Assembly: GCF_001194135.2 (NCBI RefSeq)
Contig: NC_068981.1
Coordinates: forward strand, 189,105,557-189,169,556
DNA: 64,000 bases
Direction of reading: 5' to 3'
From: Octopus bimaculoides
Taxonomy: Eukaryota
Below, piece after piece: positions 36,301 to 50,998 of this stretch. The number at the start of each line of letters is the position of its first letter. Within the stretch, counting starts at the first letter, position 1. The position numbers and the translations under genes were made by a program. The notes beneath the pieces were generated by a model. That model had not been told where the DNA came from. It worked only from the letters and a program-made list of their open reading frames with translations, and searched no databases.

Positions 36301-38502
36301 AAAAAGAAAGAATAAAAGAATATACTGAGATTTTGAAAGTATCTAGCTTTCATTTCTATTTACTAAACAAGGTCTTGATAGAATGACCTTGAAACTAACC
36401 TAACTTCTAGTTGTATTTATTTAGGGTTCATCTGGTATCTGACTAACATGGCATCAATCCTATTTTTGGGATTCTAAATAATGACAATGTAGAACTAAAG
36501 AATCGTGGAAACTTTGAGAAGCTATTATTTGCAAGTGACAACTTTTATCATTAGAGTCAAGAGGCCATTGAGTGTGATTTAGTCCAAACAGTCATCATTA
36601 TCTCAGAATAATCTAAAATGTACAAGACCTATTAAATTAATAACATTGTCTCAATGAGAGATCTTTGTAAGAAGCTTTATTGAAATTTGTAATTGCATTT
36701 GCATCTGGCCTGCAATAAAACTTCCCATCAGCCTACACACACGAGCTAATTTGCATAAATGCTATAGGTCAAAACCAAAACAAACTTTAGCATGTATGTA
36801 CTAAAGTTACCATTATTAATACAAATTATTGATTAAAAGTGTATTAAGTGCAAAATTGTATAAGACTGAAATATTCTGTAACTTTAACGTCATTGATTTA
36901 TCCAAAATAAAATGATTTCAAAAATCAACTTTGGGAAATAGTTACTTCAGAATGCTGGCTTTACAGATGAGATAAGATTTAAAATGGCTACAAATGGAAG
37001 TTTCCAACCAAAACACTGCCTTTATAATATAACAGCATACAAAAATACAGTTTTGTTGTTTCTGTTTCCTATACAAATTCATGCAGATACAGACAATCAG
37101 GTGCACACTAAATCTAGTCATTATCCTTGATTGTAAATGTAGTTTTTACTTCTAAAATCTGGCTAATTTTAGAAATATATTTTGCTAAAGCAGCTCTGAA
37201 AACTCTTGTTCACATAATTTTCAAAAATTCTTTTCTGATAAAGAGAATAGTTAATTAGTATTTAAATGTTTCTGCAATAAAGAAATCTTTCACACTATTG
37301 AAGCTCATTAATTAAGGAGAAAAAATAAAGAGAAACAACCATTAAAGTGAAGGGGGATTGAATGATTGCTACAACAACATAAAACAAGAGGTTAATTAGT
37401 AATTATCTTGTAATTTAAAAATAGTTAGCAGAAGTGTTTATTTCTAGTGCTTAAATCATTTGAAAGCATTAGTAGTATAAATCTTTTACCCATTGACCCA
37501 AACATCATATGACAAAATAACATGGATCTCCGAATGGTTTTACAATTGTCATTATTAATGGTTATCTTCGTAAGCAACGTGGTGTGTCAGTTATATTTTA
37601 ACAGAGTAAAAGAATTACATAGTCATGCAATCTGCCAATTGACTTTCAACTAACACTTGACTAGAACAACTCACATTTCATGGGTCATTATACATATATA
37701 TAAGACAGAACTGCTGTAATTAAAATGCAACCTGACAAGGAAATTGTTTTACTCAAGACCATCACGCCAAATATCCTATGCTTTAAGACAAAATGAAAGC
37801 ATAGCAAATCTGATTTACCCATAATAACACCTCCAACACTGAATAAGTCTAGAACAATCAATAATAATTCTTTTAGAAAGGTACTAATATCATAAATTTC
37901 CACTTTCTGTCCTTTGAATCATGAAACACAAGTTAATTCTACTACATATGAATTACAGTACTTCTGATGTTGAGGTGATAGCCTATCCCATAGTCACTAG
38001 TTTAAATCTTACTACAGTCACTTAGGATTGTCTCTGCATAAGGTATTTAATTACTTTGTGCATATCTACCAAAGCTACCTCCTAGTGGTACCCATCAGTA
38101 CCTCATTCTGAGGATTTTCATGTCCCTGTTACATCACACTATTGCAGCAATGCCAATGGAGCTCTTCCTAATCTACATTATATAAATAAGCCATTTGATC
38201 TGAGGAAACTAGCACCGGTCTGCATTGGCACTTACTATAAAAGGCTCAAAAGTAGAATAAATATGCTTGTTATGATGGAGACCTTTTAGTATGATAATGA
38301 CTTAGTTGCTGCCACATTTAATAACAGACTCCTATGCAAACAATATTACTCTTCACTCTTTATTGGTCTGGACAGGACTAAAAGAAACTGCATCTGCATG
38401 TGAGGAAGTATTAAAACCAACACTTGGTGGATAAGACAGAGTGTAGCATGAAAAGAGGAAAGGTGGTTGTACTGGGTGGTATATTGCATGCAAATTCAAA
38501 AG

Positions 38503-38548
<46 letters not shown>

Positions 38549-40155
38549 AGGCAAATCATTGGTGAGCATCAAGCTCTCTGATCACAGCAGACCAATCTTT
38601 TTTGGATCATGTCTTTCCCATCACACTCAAACTACTCTCCAGAGATATTCAAGAGTTTGATAATGATCAACGATCTCACAAGAATTTATCCTAACACACA
38701 CACACACACACACACACACATGCAAATTCTTATTCTGGCTCAGAATAAGAAGCCTTTATTTAGTAAAGGTGAATATTTTCTATAAAGATTATTTGACATG
38801 TATGAACAATATGATGGTCTTGGTTGTTGATGAGAAAAGAGAAATATCAAAAAAATATTTCCTTGGCTTATGCAGATTGGTGCTGTTGAATGTAAGTTGG
38901 TTGTTTTAAGCATATTGGTGCAATAAATATAAATAAAGGTTTAGGAAATTGTTGCAACAATTGCAAAAAAATCTGAAATAACAGTTTTGTTTGAAAGTTG
39001 GCTATTTTTAAAAAAGTATCTATCTCAATGGCACCAACATTACTAGTTCTGTATAAAATATGATACTCAGTCAAATCATAAATGATTTATACATTGAAAA
39101 GTCTTTTAAATTCTCTGGCAAATTTAATTTTATCATATTGATGTGACATTGCTTTAAACATTTATTTCTACCACTGAGCAAAGAATATGCTGTTTAAAGT
39201 TAGAACAGTCATCAATTTTAATATTAGAAATTTTAAGTACAAATCAAATTTCAGAAAAACTGAAAAATAAGTCTCCTTGCTGACAATTTAAAATTATTTT
39301 TCCTTACATTTTTTAATTTGAATTACTGTACTTATTTCTCCCTTTGCACTGGGGAATATGACATTATTCTTAGACTTCATGTCAGCAAATTTTACATAAA
39401 ATATCTTTCATGTACTGTTATTATTATTATTACCATGTTAATACTCAAATTGCTTCCAGTAAAATCAAAAGATTGATCAAATATTAACATAGATCAGTTC
39501 ACATCACTACCTTATCATATATTCCCAATATTTACTATATAAGGAAGATAGGAGACTGAAACTACATATTACAGGACTTGTAATATATGAGTAAGTTTGT
39601 TTTTTTTATTTCCATTTTCCTTTCTAACTTTTAGAAGTTAGCATTTGGACACTATTCTAAGATGACTCTAAAAGTAGTTCACCATATTTAGAGGAAGCAG
39701 CATCTGAAACTTCTGTTGTAGAATAATCATTATTTTTATGCTTTCCAATAGTTTAGTAATAATTGACTCACAAATGCATTCACACACACACACACACTAT
39801 CTATTCATCTGCCTACACACACATACACTGAAAAATACTACTCATACATAAACATCACCAAAATTATGTAATACTTTTGCTGAGGATAATTTTTTTTTTT
39901 TTTTGCCTTATCGAATTTTTAACGTAGGTTCTCATTTTTCAAGAAATAATCCAATTTTCAAAGAAATAATGTGAAGACATGGAGTCGCTGAATTGTAGTT
40001 TAGAGTTTAAGTTGAATTATTTATTTATCTCCACACTGAAGCACTTTCAGTAATAGTAGGATCATCCTTAATATAAATAGAACGTTTAAAAATGGATCAT
40101 TCTGCTTCATACATTTCTCTCCCCAAAAATATAATAAATGGAATAAACGTACATG

Positions 40156-40195
<40 letters not shown>

Positions 40196-41504
40196 GTATG
40201 TATACACGTACATAGGCATACATGTTCTCATACTCAAAATAAATATTCTTACACATAGAAAATCAATTATGTTAATCCTATTCACAGAGGAAAGAAAATA
40301 TTTATGATACCAGGTCTACTCTAACTCAAGTAGAAACATAGATACATTTGCTTTTAAATTTTAAAACATGCACAAATACATCAGCATTCACATATGTATG
40401 TTTTCCAATATGTATATCACCAGATATGTAAACTTTATGAATATTTAACAATAGAGTGAAGCATATTTTCATGAAATACTGAAATAACGAATGGAGAATT
40501 AAAGTCTAGAATTTGGCATCAAGATTAATCTTCTTTATAATTTATTATAAAACACACAAGCGGATATAACATAGAGAGAAAAGAGAATGTGTGTGTGTGT
40601 GTGAATGAGACAGAGAAATAGAGAGATTCAACAAGATTTTGTAAGAGAGGCTTGAGCGGGAATGAAGAGAAAGAGATGGAAGGACAAAGAATAATCTCAA
40701 AAAGGATAGAGGAGACAAATTTACTGTATTTGCTGGCATATAAGACAACCCTATTTCACAAGTATATTTTGTATAAAAACACATTTAGTGTGTTTCATCA
40801 TACACTCTGTAAAAAATATTTTAAAGTGATTTTTCTCTGGAAAATCTTTGATGATCTGTATATGTAAATATACAGCTGTAACACCATACTGGAATAAAAT
40901 ATGAAACCACAAATTTATCATAAATTACATTATGGGGCTACTGTATCTTAGTTTTTTTTTTTCAGATCAACTGTATAGTTGTTTATATTTTGGTCAAGAG
41001 AATTATCATATAGAATGTAAAACTTGTATTTCTGGCTGTGATATTTTATGTAACCCTAATCAAATACCAAGGTAGCACACCACCACTATGATTTTGTTGT
41101 CATCCACTCATTGCAAATAACTGACAGATGAATGGAAGTTTGACATTCTATTCATCTTTCTAGGAGAATTTTTCATTTAAAAAATTATAAAAGGTTTCTT
41201 AGAGATATTAAAGTTATGATATAATGTAAGACATATATAAGGTGTAGGTTATATATACTTAGGAAAGAGGTATAATGAGATGGTGTGACCTTTGCACATA
41301 ATTGCCAATGAACTGTTAGCAATTTTTCATTCGTTTGTGCTAAGAGACTTGGCTTGTTTTCAATATTTCATTTTAAGTAGCAATTATTATACCTCTCTAA
41401 CCTGTTCACTTGATCTACCATCCATAAAATAACCACATTAGACATTTTGGGTTACATTTAAGAGTCAAACAAGTGCGTATTAGAAGATGGCAAATATGGT
41501 AGAT

Positions 41505-41940
41505 CATCATCATCATTTAACATCTGTTTTCAATACTGGCATGGGTTGGAAAGTTTGACAGGAGCTGACAAGCTAGAGAGCTGCACCAGTTGTCCATTTT
41601 GGCATGGTTTTTAAGGCTGGATTTCCTTCTTAACAGCAACCACTTCAGAGAGTGTACTGGGTGCTTTTTATGTTGTGCCAGCACAGGTGCTTTATACAGG
41701 GCACCAGCATGTGTGCTTTTCAAGCGACACCAACATGGGTGCTCCCTATGTGATCCCAACATGGGTGCTCCCTATGTGATCCCAACATGGGTGCTTTTTG
41801 CGTGGCACCAAGATGAGTGCTTTATATGTGGCACCAGCACAGGTGCTATATATTTGATACCAGTATGGGCGTTTATACATGGCACCAGCAGAGGTGCTTT
41901 TTCATGGCACAAGCTTAGGTACTTTATTTCATGGCATTCG
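41505..41940 (-). mobile_element. SINE-like family D with expanded internal tandem array
   Basis: (CAT)n tail, then repeats of GGTGCTTT..TGTGGCACCAGCA and an exact 26 bp duplication CATGGGTGCTCCCTATGTGATCCCAA. Confidence 0.8.
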
Positions 41941-43755
41941 TCACATATATGATCTGTTGAAATATTAAGCTTCAAACTGAAGATCTTGAGAAGATTATCC
42001 ACTGATTAAATTAATATGTTAGTGCTTGGTTATAGTATGGTGATGAAATGGGGTTTGAGTGAAGCTTTTGACAGTCATTAAATGCTCTGTAGGAGAACAG
42101 AACTAGTTTATCTATTGTGGTTTTGAATATAAATTGGACCTTAAATACTTGCTTCAGAAGATGCCCAATCTTAAAAAAGTTAGTAGATTGAATAGATCAC
42201 AAGATTTCTAGTGAAGTGAATGGTTAATGTAGCAAGATTATCTACTTGCTATAAGGAAAAGTATAAAATTTAACAAGATCATTTGGTTTTTAATTGGGGA
42301 AGGAAGAGAAAGGCCGCACCAATGACCTTTTCAGTTCATCCAAGACTGATGAAGTTAATGCTGTTACTGTTGGTTAGCTTGAACTGCTGCAGAGAGAGTG
42401 AGAGAGAGAGAGAGATTTCAGGGTACTGAGAATTGCAAGACTGTATAAATTATTTATTGCAGTGTTTTGGTGGGATTGGGTAGACATAGACACACAGTTT
42501 CAGAGGATCAGAAATTATTACAGAATTAATGAAACAAAAGACATCTATGAGCCAGTAGTTGTGCCATGTGAGTGAGTGAATTTTAACCAAACTGTCTAAT
42601 ATCATACATATAAGAAATTTCCAAGATGACATAATATGTATCTGGAAGAACAGCAGAATCCCAGATACTGTGCTTATTTGTGTGTCCATGAATGATTTGT
42701 TTCTCCCAAAGCCTTTGATGTTAGATTGAATCCATTGTTTTACTGCCACATCCTGGTACTTTCGATGTCTTTAGCAGTTCTTACTCTAAGTATTTGGGCC
42801 AGGCCATTGAAGTTAAACAATATTTACATGCTTACACATTGTGTGTGAATGACAAGAAAGATGCTCATATATCATCATCATTTTATAATGATTCTGCTTG
42901 TCATTGCATTACTTAGCCTGTTGGTAATGCTTTCACATGATTAGAGAAAAAGAGGGTAAGAGAAGAGAGAAAACGAAGGAGAGAGAAGTGTCCATGATGT
43001 AAGGTAGAGGGAATGTAATTGTTACGCTTTCATATGATTAGTCGAAGGGAAAGAGAGGAGAGAAAAAAAAGGAGAGAGGAAAAGAGGATAAGGCAAAGAG
43101 ACAGAAAGAGGGAGAGAGAAGCATCCAAGATGTAAGGTAGGGGGAACATAATATTTATTATGTGGTCAAAAAAGTTAGTTGAAGGTAGAGGAGGAAAGTT
43201 AAAAATATAATTTTAGCAGAGAGGTGATGTTCTGATGGTGAGGTTAAAGAAAGGCAGAGAAAGAAGTAAGAAGAGAGAGGGAGATAGAGGAGAGAGAGAG
43301 ATGATGATGATGGTGATAGTAGTGGTGGTGGAGATGGAGGTGGTGGTGGGATAGTGAAAAGTGTATTTTTTTTTAATTGAAGTTTTTTGTATCACCTATC
43401 ACTTAATGCATGCGCCTAAGTGCAATTCCATGAAATATTCATGCCTATATACATGGCAGATATAAGCAATTTAACTAAAGGTTGTACAGGATATTTTTTT
43501 TTTTTGTTTATGAGGAAAATGGAAAAATAAGAGTGAATGTTTATATTTTATGAGTGTTGTGTATTAAGTCTATAAAATTGCATTAAGTATACAAAATGTA
43601 TATATAAAGTGCATTAAGCAATCAACGTATTCCAGTTTCTTTCACTTTTCAATGAGTAGCAGATAAGCAACTATCTTTCCATATAGACACAACACAGGCT
43701 ATGCTTTCAGTTTTTTTTTGTTTGGATAAAGTTTTCAGAAATAACCCAATAAGTT

Positions 43756-43830
<75 letters not shown>

Positions 43831-44194
43831 TATTTATATGATTTTTGAGTTTCATTTAAATTTCTGAGAGAGTTCAAGCCAGTTGCTAACAAAGCATCAA
43901 GGCTTTTTGAGTTAAGAGTCTTCTCGGTGTTTGTAACTATGTGGTTGAATTGGTGTGTTGGTTGAGCTGTTGATGCACACACTCAAGTGTGTGCACCTAT
44001 TCACCCAAAGAATCTCAGATGAAGAATCTTTGAAATTGCTTACAAATCATCAATGTGCCACTAATAGATTGCATTTGGAGAATTCATGTTTCTTATGTTC
44101 TTTTTCTATGAAACCAGGTATTTCAAGGTTTTGTGAAAATTTGTTGGTACATAACCTAATGCACATATGATGATAGGTACAAATGAGAATTCGT

Positions 44195-44540
44195 AGTGAA
44201 GGCGCATGGCTCAGTGGTTAGAGCGCCGAGCTTACGATCGTGAAGTTGTGAGTTTGAATCCCGGACCGGGCTGCGTGTTGTATTCTTGAGCAAAACACTT
44301 TATTTCATGTCGCTCCAGTTAACTCAGCTGCAGAAATGAGTTGCGACATTACTGGTGCCAAGCTGTATTGGCCCCTTTGCCTTTCCCTTGGATAACACTG
44401 GTGGCATGGAGAGGGGAAGCCAGTATGCATGGGCGACTGCTGGTCTTCCATAAACAACCTTGCCCGGACTTGTGCCGGAAGGGTAACTTTCTAGGTCTAG
44501 GTGCAATCCCATGGTCAGTCATGACCAAAGGGGGTCTCAG
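44195..44540 (+). mobile_element. SINE family C, young full-length copy
   Basis: GAAGGCGCATGGCTCAGTGGTTAGAGCG (A box)...GAGTTTGAATCCC (B box); CpGs retained. Confidence 0.9.
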
Positions 44541-44541
44541 C

Positions 44542-45030
44542 TCAGTCAAGGTACAAGAGCTGTAAGTTCTGCATTAGTTCCCCATAAATGCTCTCTTTTG
44601 CCTGGACTTTTGATAGTACATTCACATCTGCTGAGCAGCTGACCTCTACAACAGCACATAACGTTTGTTCTTTCTCCCACAGAAAGAATATCAGGTCTAT
44701 CATGTTTGCATCAAAATGATGTTTTTACTGGGGGTGTTTTACCAGTATTCTTGTTTTTAAAGGTGTGAACACCTGCTGATTCTTACATATCTTTGATGTA
44801 TATGTCAAGGCAGTCCTTCCTACAGATAACATTGTAAATAGTCTTTGCAACTATATCATCCTTCAGGGGCAGGTAGTATCTCATAGACATTTTGGGGCAG
44901 CTGCTGATCATGTGGGTGATATCTTCACATTATTGTAGCAGAGCCAATATTTTCTATCACAACATGTAGGTCTGGTGGTATCTTCATCCCTCTTACTTGT
45001 GAGGTATTTTCCTGGAGAGCGAAGGTATAT
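44542..45030 (-). mobile_element. R4/Dong-like (R2 group) non-LTR retrotransposon fragment: CCHC knuckle and restriction-like endonuclease
   Basis: EDITHMISSCPKMSMRYYLPLKDDIVAKTIYN, then CKHDRPDI and VVEVSCSADVNVLSKVQAKESIYGELMQNLQLLY (PD..(D/E)xK-type REL context). Confidence 0.8.
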
Positions 45031-45134
45031 CCTTTTAGGTGGGATATAATGTATCAAGGTGTCACACAGTGGGACTGAAGCCAGAACTATGTGGTTGGGA
45101 AGCAAGCTTCTTACCACACAGCCACACCTAATAT

Positions 45135-45540
45135 GTTTTGCTGCCCTGGGTCAAGAGGCTGGCTGCTGGAAGTGACTATGTTTGGCAACAGGACTCTGCA
45201 CCATGCCACACAAGCAGGAGAACCCAGTCATGGCTGTCAGACAATTTCTGTGACCACATCACCCCTAACATCTGGCCATCTGACTCCCTAGAATGCAATC
45301 CCTTTGATTATTATGTGTGGGGTGCAGTTGAGCAAGAGACCAAAGGCAAGGATTGTGGCAGCATTGACCAACTTAAACAAGGAGACTGTCCAGAAGAGTT
45401 GCAGGAGATTCCAAAGTTGTCTGGAGGCCGTGGTTGAAGCCAATGGCAATTTTATTAAATGAATTTACTGTTTGGTATGTCAAGTTATTTTCATTTTTGC
45501 ATGATTTAGACAACAGTTTATTCACTGCACCTTGTGCATG
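45135..45540 (+). mobile_element. Tc1/mariner transposase 3' fragment, DD37D (maT) type, with probable right TIR
   Basis: YVWQQDSAPCHT...NIWPSDSLECNPFDYYVWG. I count 37 residues between the D of QQD and the D of NPFD. Ends CACTGCACCTTG followed by TA repeats. Confidence 0.88.
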
Positions 45541-45541
45541 C

Positions 45542-45573
<32 letters not shown>

Positions 45574-45577
<4 letters not shown>

Positions 45578-45735
45578 CAAGCTTCTTTTAGTTTCTGTCT
45601 ACCAAATCCACTCACACAGATTTGGTCAGCCTGAAGCTATAGTAGAAGACACTTGCCTAAGGTACCATGCAGTGGAACTGAATCTAGAACTATGTGGTTG
45701 GGAAGCAAGCTTCTAACCATACAGCCACACCTCCT
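45574..45735 (-). mobile_element. SINE family A, 5' half
   Basis: CTTTAGTTTCTGTCTACCAAATCC...GCTTCTAACCATACAGCCACACC. Confidence 0.85.
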
Positions 45736-48289
45736 CCTATGTTTATTTTTGTTTTTAATATATAGAATTAAACACATATTTAAGGAAGCAATACACCAAG
45801 TGAAACATATCACAGTAAACAGAACAATCCTCTGAGTACCATCATTATAACAATATTAACAACATTTACAATTGTAAAACTGCACTTACTGCCTTCAGAT
45901 TATTTTCTTTTATATTTTAACATTTTAAAATGACATTTTCTATTAAAGGGATTCTTGAATAGTTTTCTTATATTAAAAAAGATGACAATGATTTTCTATC
46001 TCAATAAATTTATTTGATTTGAGATTATTTTCCATCAAGTTTCCAAATTTTTCTCTTTTTACATTAACCATTACATGCAAGCATGCAAAATGGATGTAAA
46101 ATGACTATGATGATTCTAGAAGTTTGTTATAAATGTTAAAAGATAGGATAGGATAGGATTTCTAACATATGTGCCTTCTCAATTATGTATATTTACAAAT
46201 AGAATTTTGTGTGCATATGTGTGTAAATAAGTGCATGCACACTAAATATATATAATAAATCTGAAAATAAAGTGCATTCAAAATTATTCACTGTATTAGG
46301 GTGGATTAGGATGAGGAAGTATATGCACACAGATGTTTGTTTAAGCACACTGAACCAACACTCCATACCAACTGAGGTTGAATTAAGAAACTAGAAAGAA
46401 TTCATAAACTAAAACCAACCTCATATAATTAATTTGAAAATCCAAATTGTAAAGCAAATCTTCTATAAAGCTTTGCTTTTCTAATGAGGCAGCCTTCAGC
46501 AATTCACTTTCATATTGCATATTTTATGAAGTAAACATAGTAAACTGACATGGCCACAAGTGGAAGTATATAATCAATTATACCAACTTTAGTACTAGGC
46601 TGGTACTTTGATTTATTAATTTCAGAAAGTTGTTCAACAAAGTCAGCCTCATCAGGTACCAACTTTCAAATCACAAATAGATTGTGAAATGAAACAGACT
46701 GTCATTGAATATCTTGCAATATTGTGTTAGCACACTAATTCATAAACTAAATAGAACATTTTGAAAATGGCTTGGCTTATTGCAATAGCATACTTTAATA
46801 TATTTGATGTCTGTTAGTATAGAAACTGATGTATAATTTCTGAAATCTAGCAGTAGTAATATCAATGGAATTGCTTGACATAATTAAATTCTTAAAAGGA
46901 ATATGTTTGTAGCTAGTTTACTATAGAGATAACAATAGAAATAAAGGTAGCATTACTACACAGGCAATATGTTACAAACTTATCTACAAATAATATAATT
47001 GGATTATACACAAAATTCTTCAAAATTTATCTTCCTACATTTTAAAACCTTTATCAATTCATTTCTACAATTTTATCTTTCCTCAAATAACTAATAATGG
47101 TCTTTTTTCTGTTTTATTCCCATTTAAAATACACTCCCATTTCTGTATCTCTTATTCTCATATCTGGTACTAAATTCTAGCAACAAATTTGGCAACCCAG
47201 TAGTTGACAAAAATGTTTAACAATTTCCTTCTGTCAACTTTATGGTGTATACATCATTGATTTATCTTGTTTTATACATTACAGGACATTTTTCTGGAAA
47301 ATATTTCATTTATATATAGTTTTAATCAAAATTGGTTCTTTTTTTTTATTTTCTAGATACAACTCCAGAAGTGAACATGTAAGATTTAACAGCTGAAAGA
47401 TTTCAATTTGAACCCACTAAACTGCAGTCTGAATGTTTTTTCAATCTGAACAATTCATGGTCTTATTTAATTCATATACTTTAAGATGTGTTACATAATT
47501 TTAAACTTATTACTAAATGTTCACTATTAAGTAATTTATACCTGATGTCAACAAATTTATAAAGCAACCCAACACAACAGTTTATGTAGTTCCAGTTACA
47601 TTAAGGCTTTAATAAGATTTGCTTTGATGGAAAATGTGATGCTGCTTTCCTTGTCAAATCTGTGTGTTTTTTCTAAAGATTGTATCAAAAAAATTATTTT
47701 GATGGATGAGTGGAATGACTGATTGATCAATAAATACACAGATATACAAGTAAGTATTCAAATGAAGAATTATCAAAACAGATGTTCAGAAAAGTCTATA
47801 AACCACATACATGAAAAGGTCAGTTATGTTCAGAATTGACAGGCGGGAATAAATAGAAATTTCTGTCAAAGCAATTGGAGTGTCAATCAAGAATTGTATT
47901 CAGCCTGACAAAGTATCCTTGGAGATTTACACAGAAAATACACCAAAATATTTGAGCACCACATGAAAAGTATATTATTAAATTAATGATTCAGCCTTTG
48001 GAACTGCTTTCAAAAAATACAATTCAAAGCATACATATATACTTTGTATATACATCAAAGTATATACTGCCAAATCCACTCACACTTTGAACAACTAGTT
48101 GCCTGCTCATTGTACTGATCCCTGCATACAAATGAGTTCAAATATATTACTGGTTTAGAGAAAATATTGAATGCCAAAAGCTGTTTTCAACTTAAGTCTT
48201 TTTACAGAAAAGACTGCATAGCAGCTCTCTAACTCCATAGATTAACCACAGGAATTGTTCTTAAAATGAGGCTCCTAGATATTATCTTT

Positions 48290-48980
48290 TATCTTTCACT
48301 TCTTTCAGACTGTGGCCATGCTGGGGCACTGCCTTGAAGGATTTTTGTTGAGTGTATCGACCCCAGTACTTATTTATTTTCTATTTTATCAGTCTCTTTT
48401 GACAACCAGTGTTAGTGTGTTTATGGAGATGTAAACACACCAACACTGGTTGTCAAGTGGTGGTGGGGGACAAACACAAACACGCACACATATATATATA
48501 TATATGTGATGAATGTACTGTTCTGTGATCAACAAGAAAAGTACTCCATCTGGTGAGAGATAAATATTATTTGATAGACATAATACATGTTTATATGTGC
48601 TACTAATAGTTTCATGCGTTGAGAAATACCTCAAACATATTCATAACGCACACACCACATAATATAACAAACTAAAAATTGAATGAGAGAAGAAATGTGA
48701 AAAGTTGAGAAGGAAGCATATAGAAAATGTGTAAGATTAAAAAATAGAAAATGTGTAAGATTAAAAAATAGAAAATGTGTAAGATTAAAAAATAGTAAAT
48801 GAAAAACAGAAAACAAAAAGCTAAAAAAAAGGTAAAAAAATGGGCTTCTTTCAGTTTCTGTCAATCAAATTCACTCATAACCTATAGTAGAAGGCACTTG
48901 CCCAAAGTCTCACACAGTGGGACTGAACCTGGAACCATGTGGTTGGGAAGCAAACTTCTTACCACACTGCCATACCTGCA
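48290..48980 (-). mobile_element. SINE family A split into two halves (about 48290-48500 and 48840-48980) by ~340 bp of unrelated AT-rich DNA
   Basis: The 3' half and 5' half are in the same orientation on either side of a spacer that contains a tandem repeat. Confidence 0.6.
48720..48796. repeat. Tandem repeat, 27 bp unit x ~3
   Basis: ATAGAAAATGTGTAAGATTAAAAA(AT)-type unit repeated; seen as FLFFNLTH repeats in the ORF track. Confidence 0.9.
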
Positions 48981-49389
48981 CCTTACATTTATCTTCCACT
49001 CTGGTATGAGTTGGATGCTTTGACGAGTTCCAATGAGTCAGAAGGACTGTCATACCTCAGTGTGTCTTTATACATAGGTTTATTAAGGGTAACAAACAAG
49101 CTTGTAGCTGAGAAAGACAGAAATGAAATGATGACATCAAGGACTAGATGGAAGAGAACCCTGATAGAATGTACAATTGCAACCTGGGACTACAATGTGT
49201 AGTGTGGAGTGGTGGTTGTACCTGATTCCCCACCACCACTGACTCAACTATGAGGATGGAGTATGAATGTTTTTGTACAACAAACAAAAACACTATTTAA
49301 TAATCCAACAATAATCAACCAAAAGAAAATTTTATTAAATTTCTTTGATAGAATTTCCCAAGCAAAATCATGGTTAGGAAGACCATTAT

Positions 49390-49650
49390 CATTCATCATC
49401 ATTGTTTAATGTCTGCTTTCCATGCTAACATGGATTGGACAGTTTGACTGAAGACTGGCAAGCCAGGAGGCTGTTCTAAAATGGTTTCTAGAGCTGGATG
49501 TCCTTCCTAATGCCAACCACTCAGAGCGTAGGGGGTGATTTTTACATGCCACTAGCATGAGGGCGTCAGGTGACACTGGCATCGACCACACTTGAATGGG
49601 GCTTTTTATGTGCCACCAGCATGGGTGCCAGTCAGGCAGCACTGATATCT
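49390..49650 (-). mobile_element. SINE-like family D
   Basis: CATCATCATTGTTTAATGTCTGCTTTCCATGC...CCTTCCTAATGCCAACCAC. Confidence 0.85.
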
Positions 49651-50837
49651 AATTTTCTACACTTATATGAGACGTGTTTGATAAAATTTTCATCAAGAAA
49701 TGGTCTAAACAATTTATGAAGACAAATGATTAAATGTGCAAGGACCACAATGTCATCTTCCTTATTTTACCAAATGGTGAGTCATTGTGCCAATATACAC
49801 AAAAAAAAAGAACCAAAAAAAAACAAACAATCACCTACAGACTAAGGAGTAACAATATAATAGAATGAAAAGTACTGAACAGTGTGCATGTGAGTATGAT
49901 AGAAATAAAAGCTTCATAATCAATAATATGTAATTATTAAAATGGTAACCTTTAGAAAAAAATATTCCATAAATTGTCTTTTTTTTCCTCTAGTTATTTC
50001 TTTATTTGTAACTCTCATATGTGAAGTTTTTATTTAGATACTTTAGGAAAGGAATTTTTATTATAAATTAAATGGTTTCAATGAAAATATAGTAAAGGTG
50101 ATTAGGACTCATGGATTCAATTCATAAGTTTATGGTTTCAATTCCCAGACAAGATGATGCACTGTATTCTTGAGCAAAACATTTCATTTCACATTGCTCT
50201 CTCTCTCTAATCCACACAGTTGAAAATGATTATGAGCAATAATTCTACAAGAGACTGGTGACCCATTCAAAAGAAGGAGTGTACTGTACTCTCTTGTTCA
50301 CTTACATGATATAGAAGCTGAGATAAACTCCAGTGTATAGATGCATGAGAAAACAGTATATTTAATGATAATATGCAGAGAAAATAGTTTTATGGTAATC
50401 AAACTGAAAGAAGCTAAAAGCAATACTGAATAAAATGATTGAATGTGACCTACAAGAACTAAGAGAAATTAGGAAACAATGGGCATGTAATACAGCAGGC
50501 CTATGCATAACAATATTAAAAAATATATACTATATAGATATATTTTAATATAAATAAATAATGATGTATTAAAACGAATACTAAGGTTTGTCACATTTTC
50601 ACATAACCAACAGCAGTTTAAAATGAAGATTAGCATTGTGCTATTTGGTACAAAGTATTTTCTGATTTTTGTCATAAATCAGCAACAGTGTATAGAAAAT
50701 ATATTTGACAATCAATAATAGAATATTGTTCCATGGTTTGCTGGTAGGAAACAATTTTCATTCCATAGAATTCATGTAGAGTTAATAAAGACTTACCCAT
50801 TCTCTTTTGGGCGTCACTAGATATAGTATTAATTTAC

Positions 50838-50957
50838 TCTTACTCTCTTTTACTTGTTTCAGTCATTTTGACTGTGACCACCCTGGAGCACCGCCTTTTA
50901 GTCAAGCAATGTTGGGGGGACAAACACAGACACACAAATATATACACACACATACAT

Positions 50958-50998
<41 letters not shown>

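Noticed and set aside
42450-42749. 99 aa minus-strand ORF
   Set aside because: No recognisable domain; GFGRNKS faintly resembles a LINE RT motif (GFR..RS), too weak to call either a gene or a LINE.
44195-44275. tRNA-like sequence with A and B boxes
   Set aside because: It has no complete cloverleaf or acceptor stem and continues into a SINE body. The same applies to the other SINE heads.
48036-48066. 11 bp perfect inverted repeat
   Set aside because: It is short and partly (TA)n, as expected by chance in AT-rich DNA.
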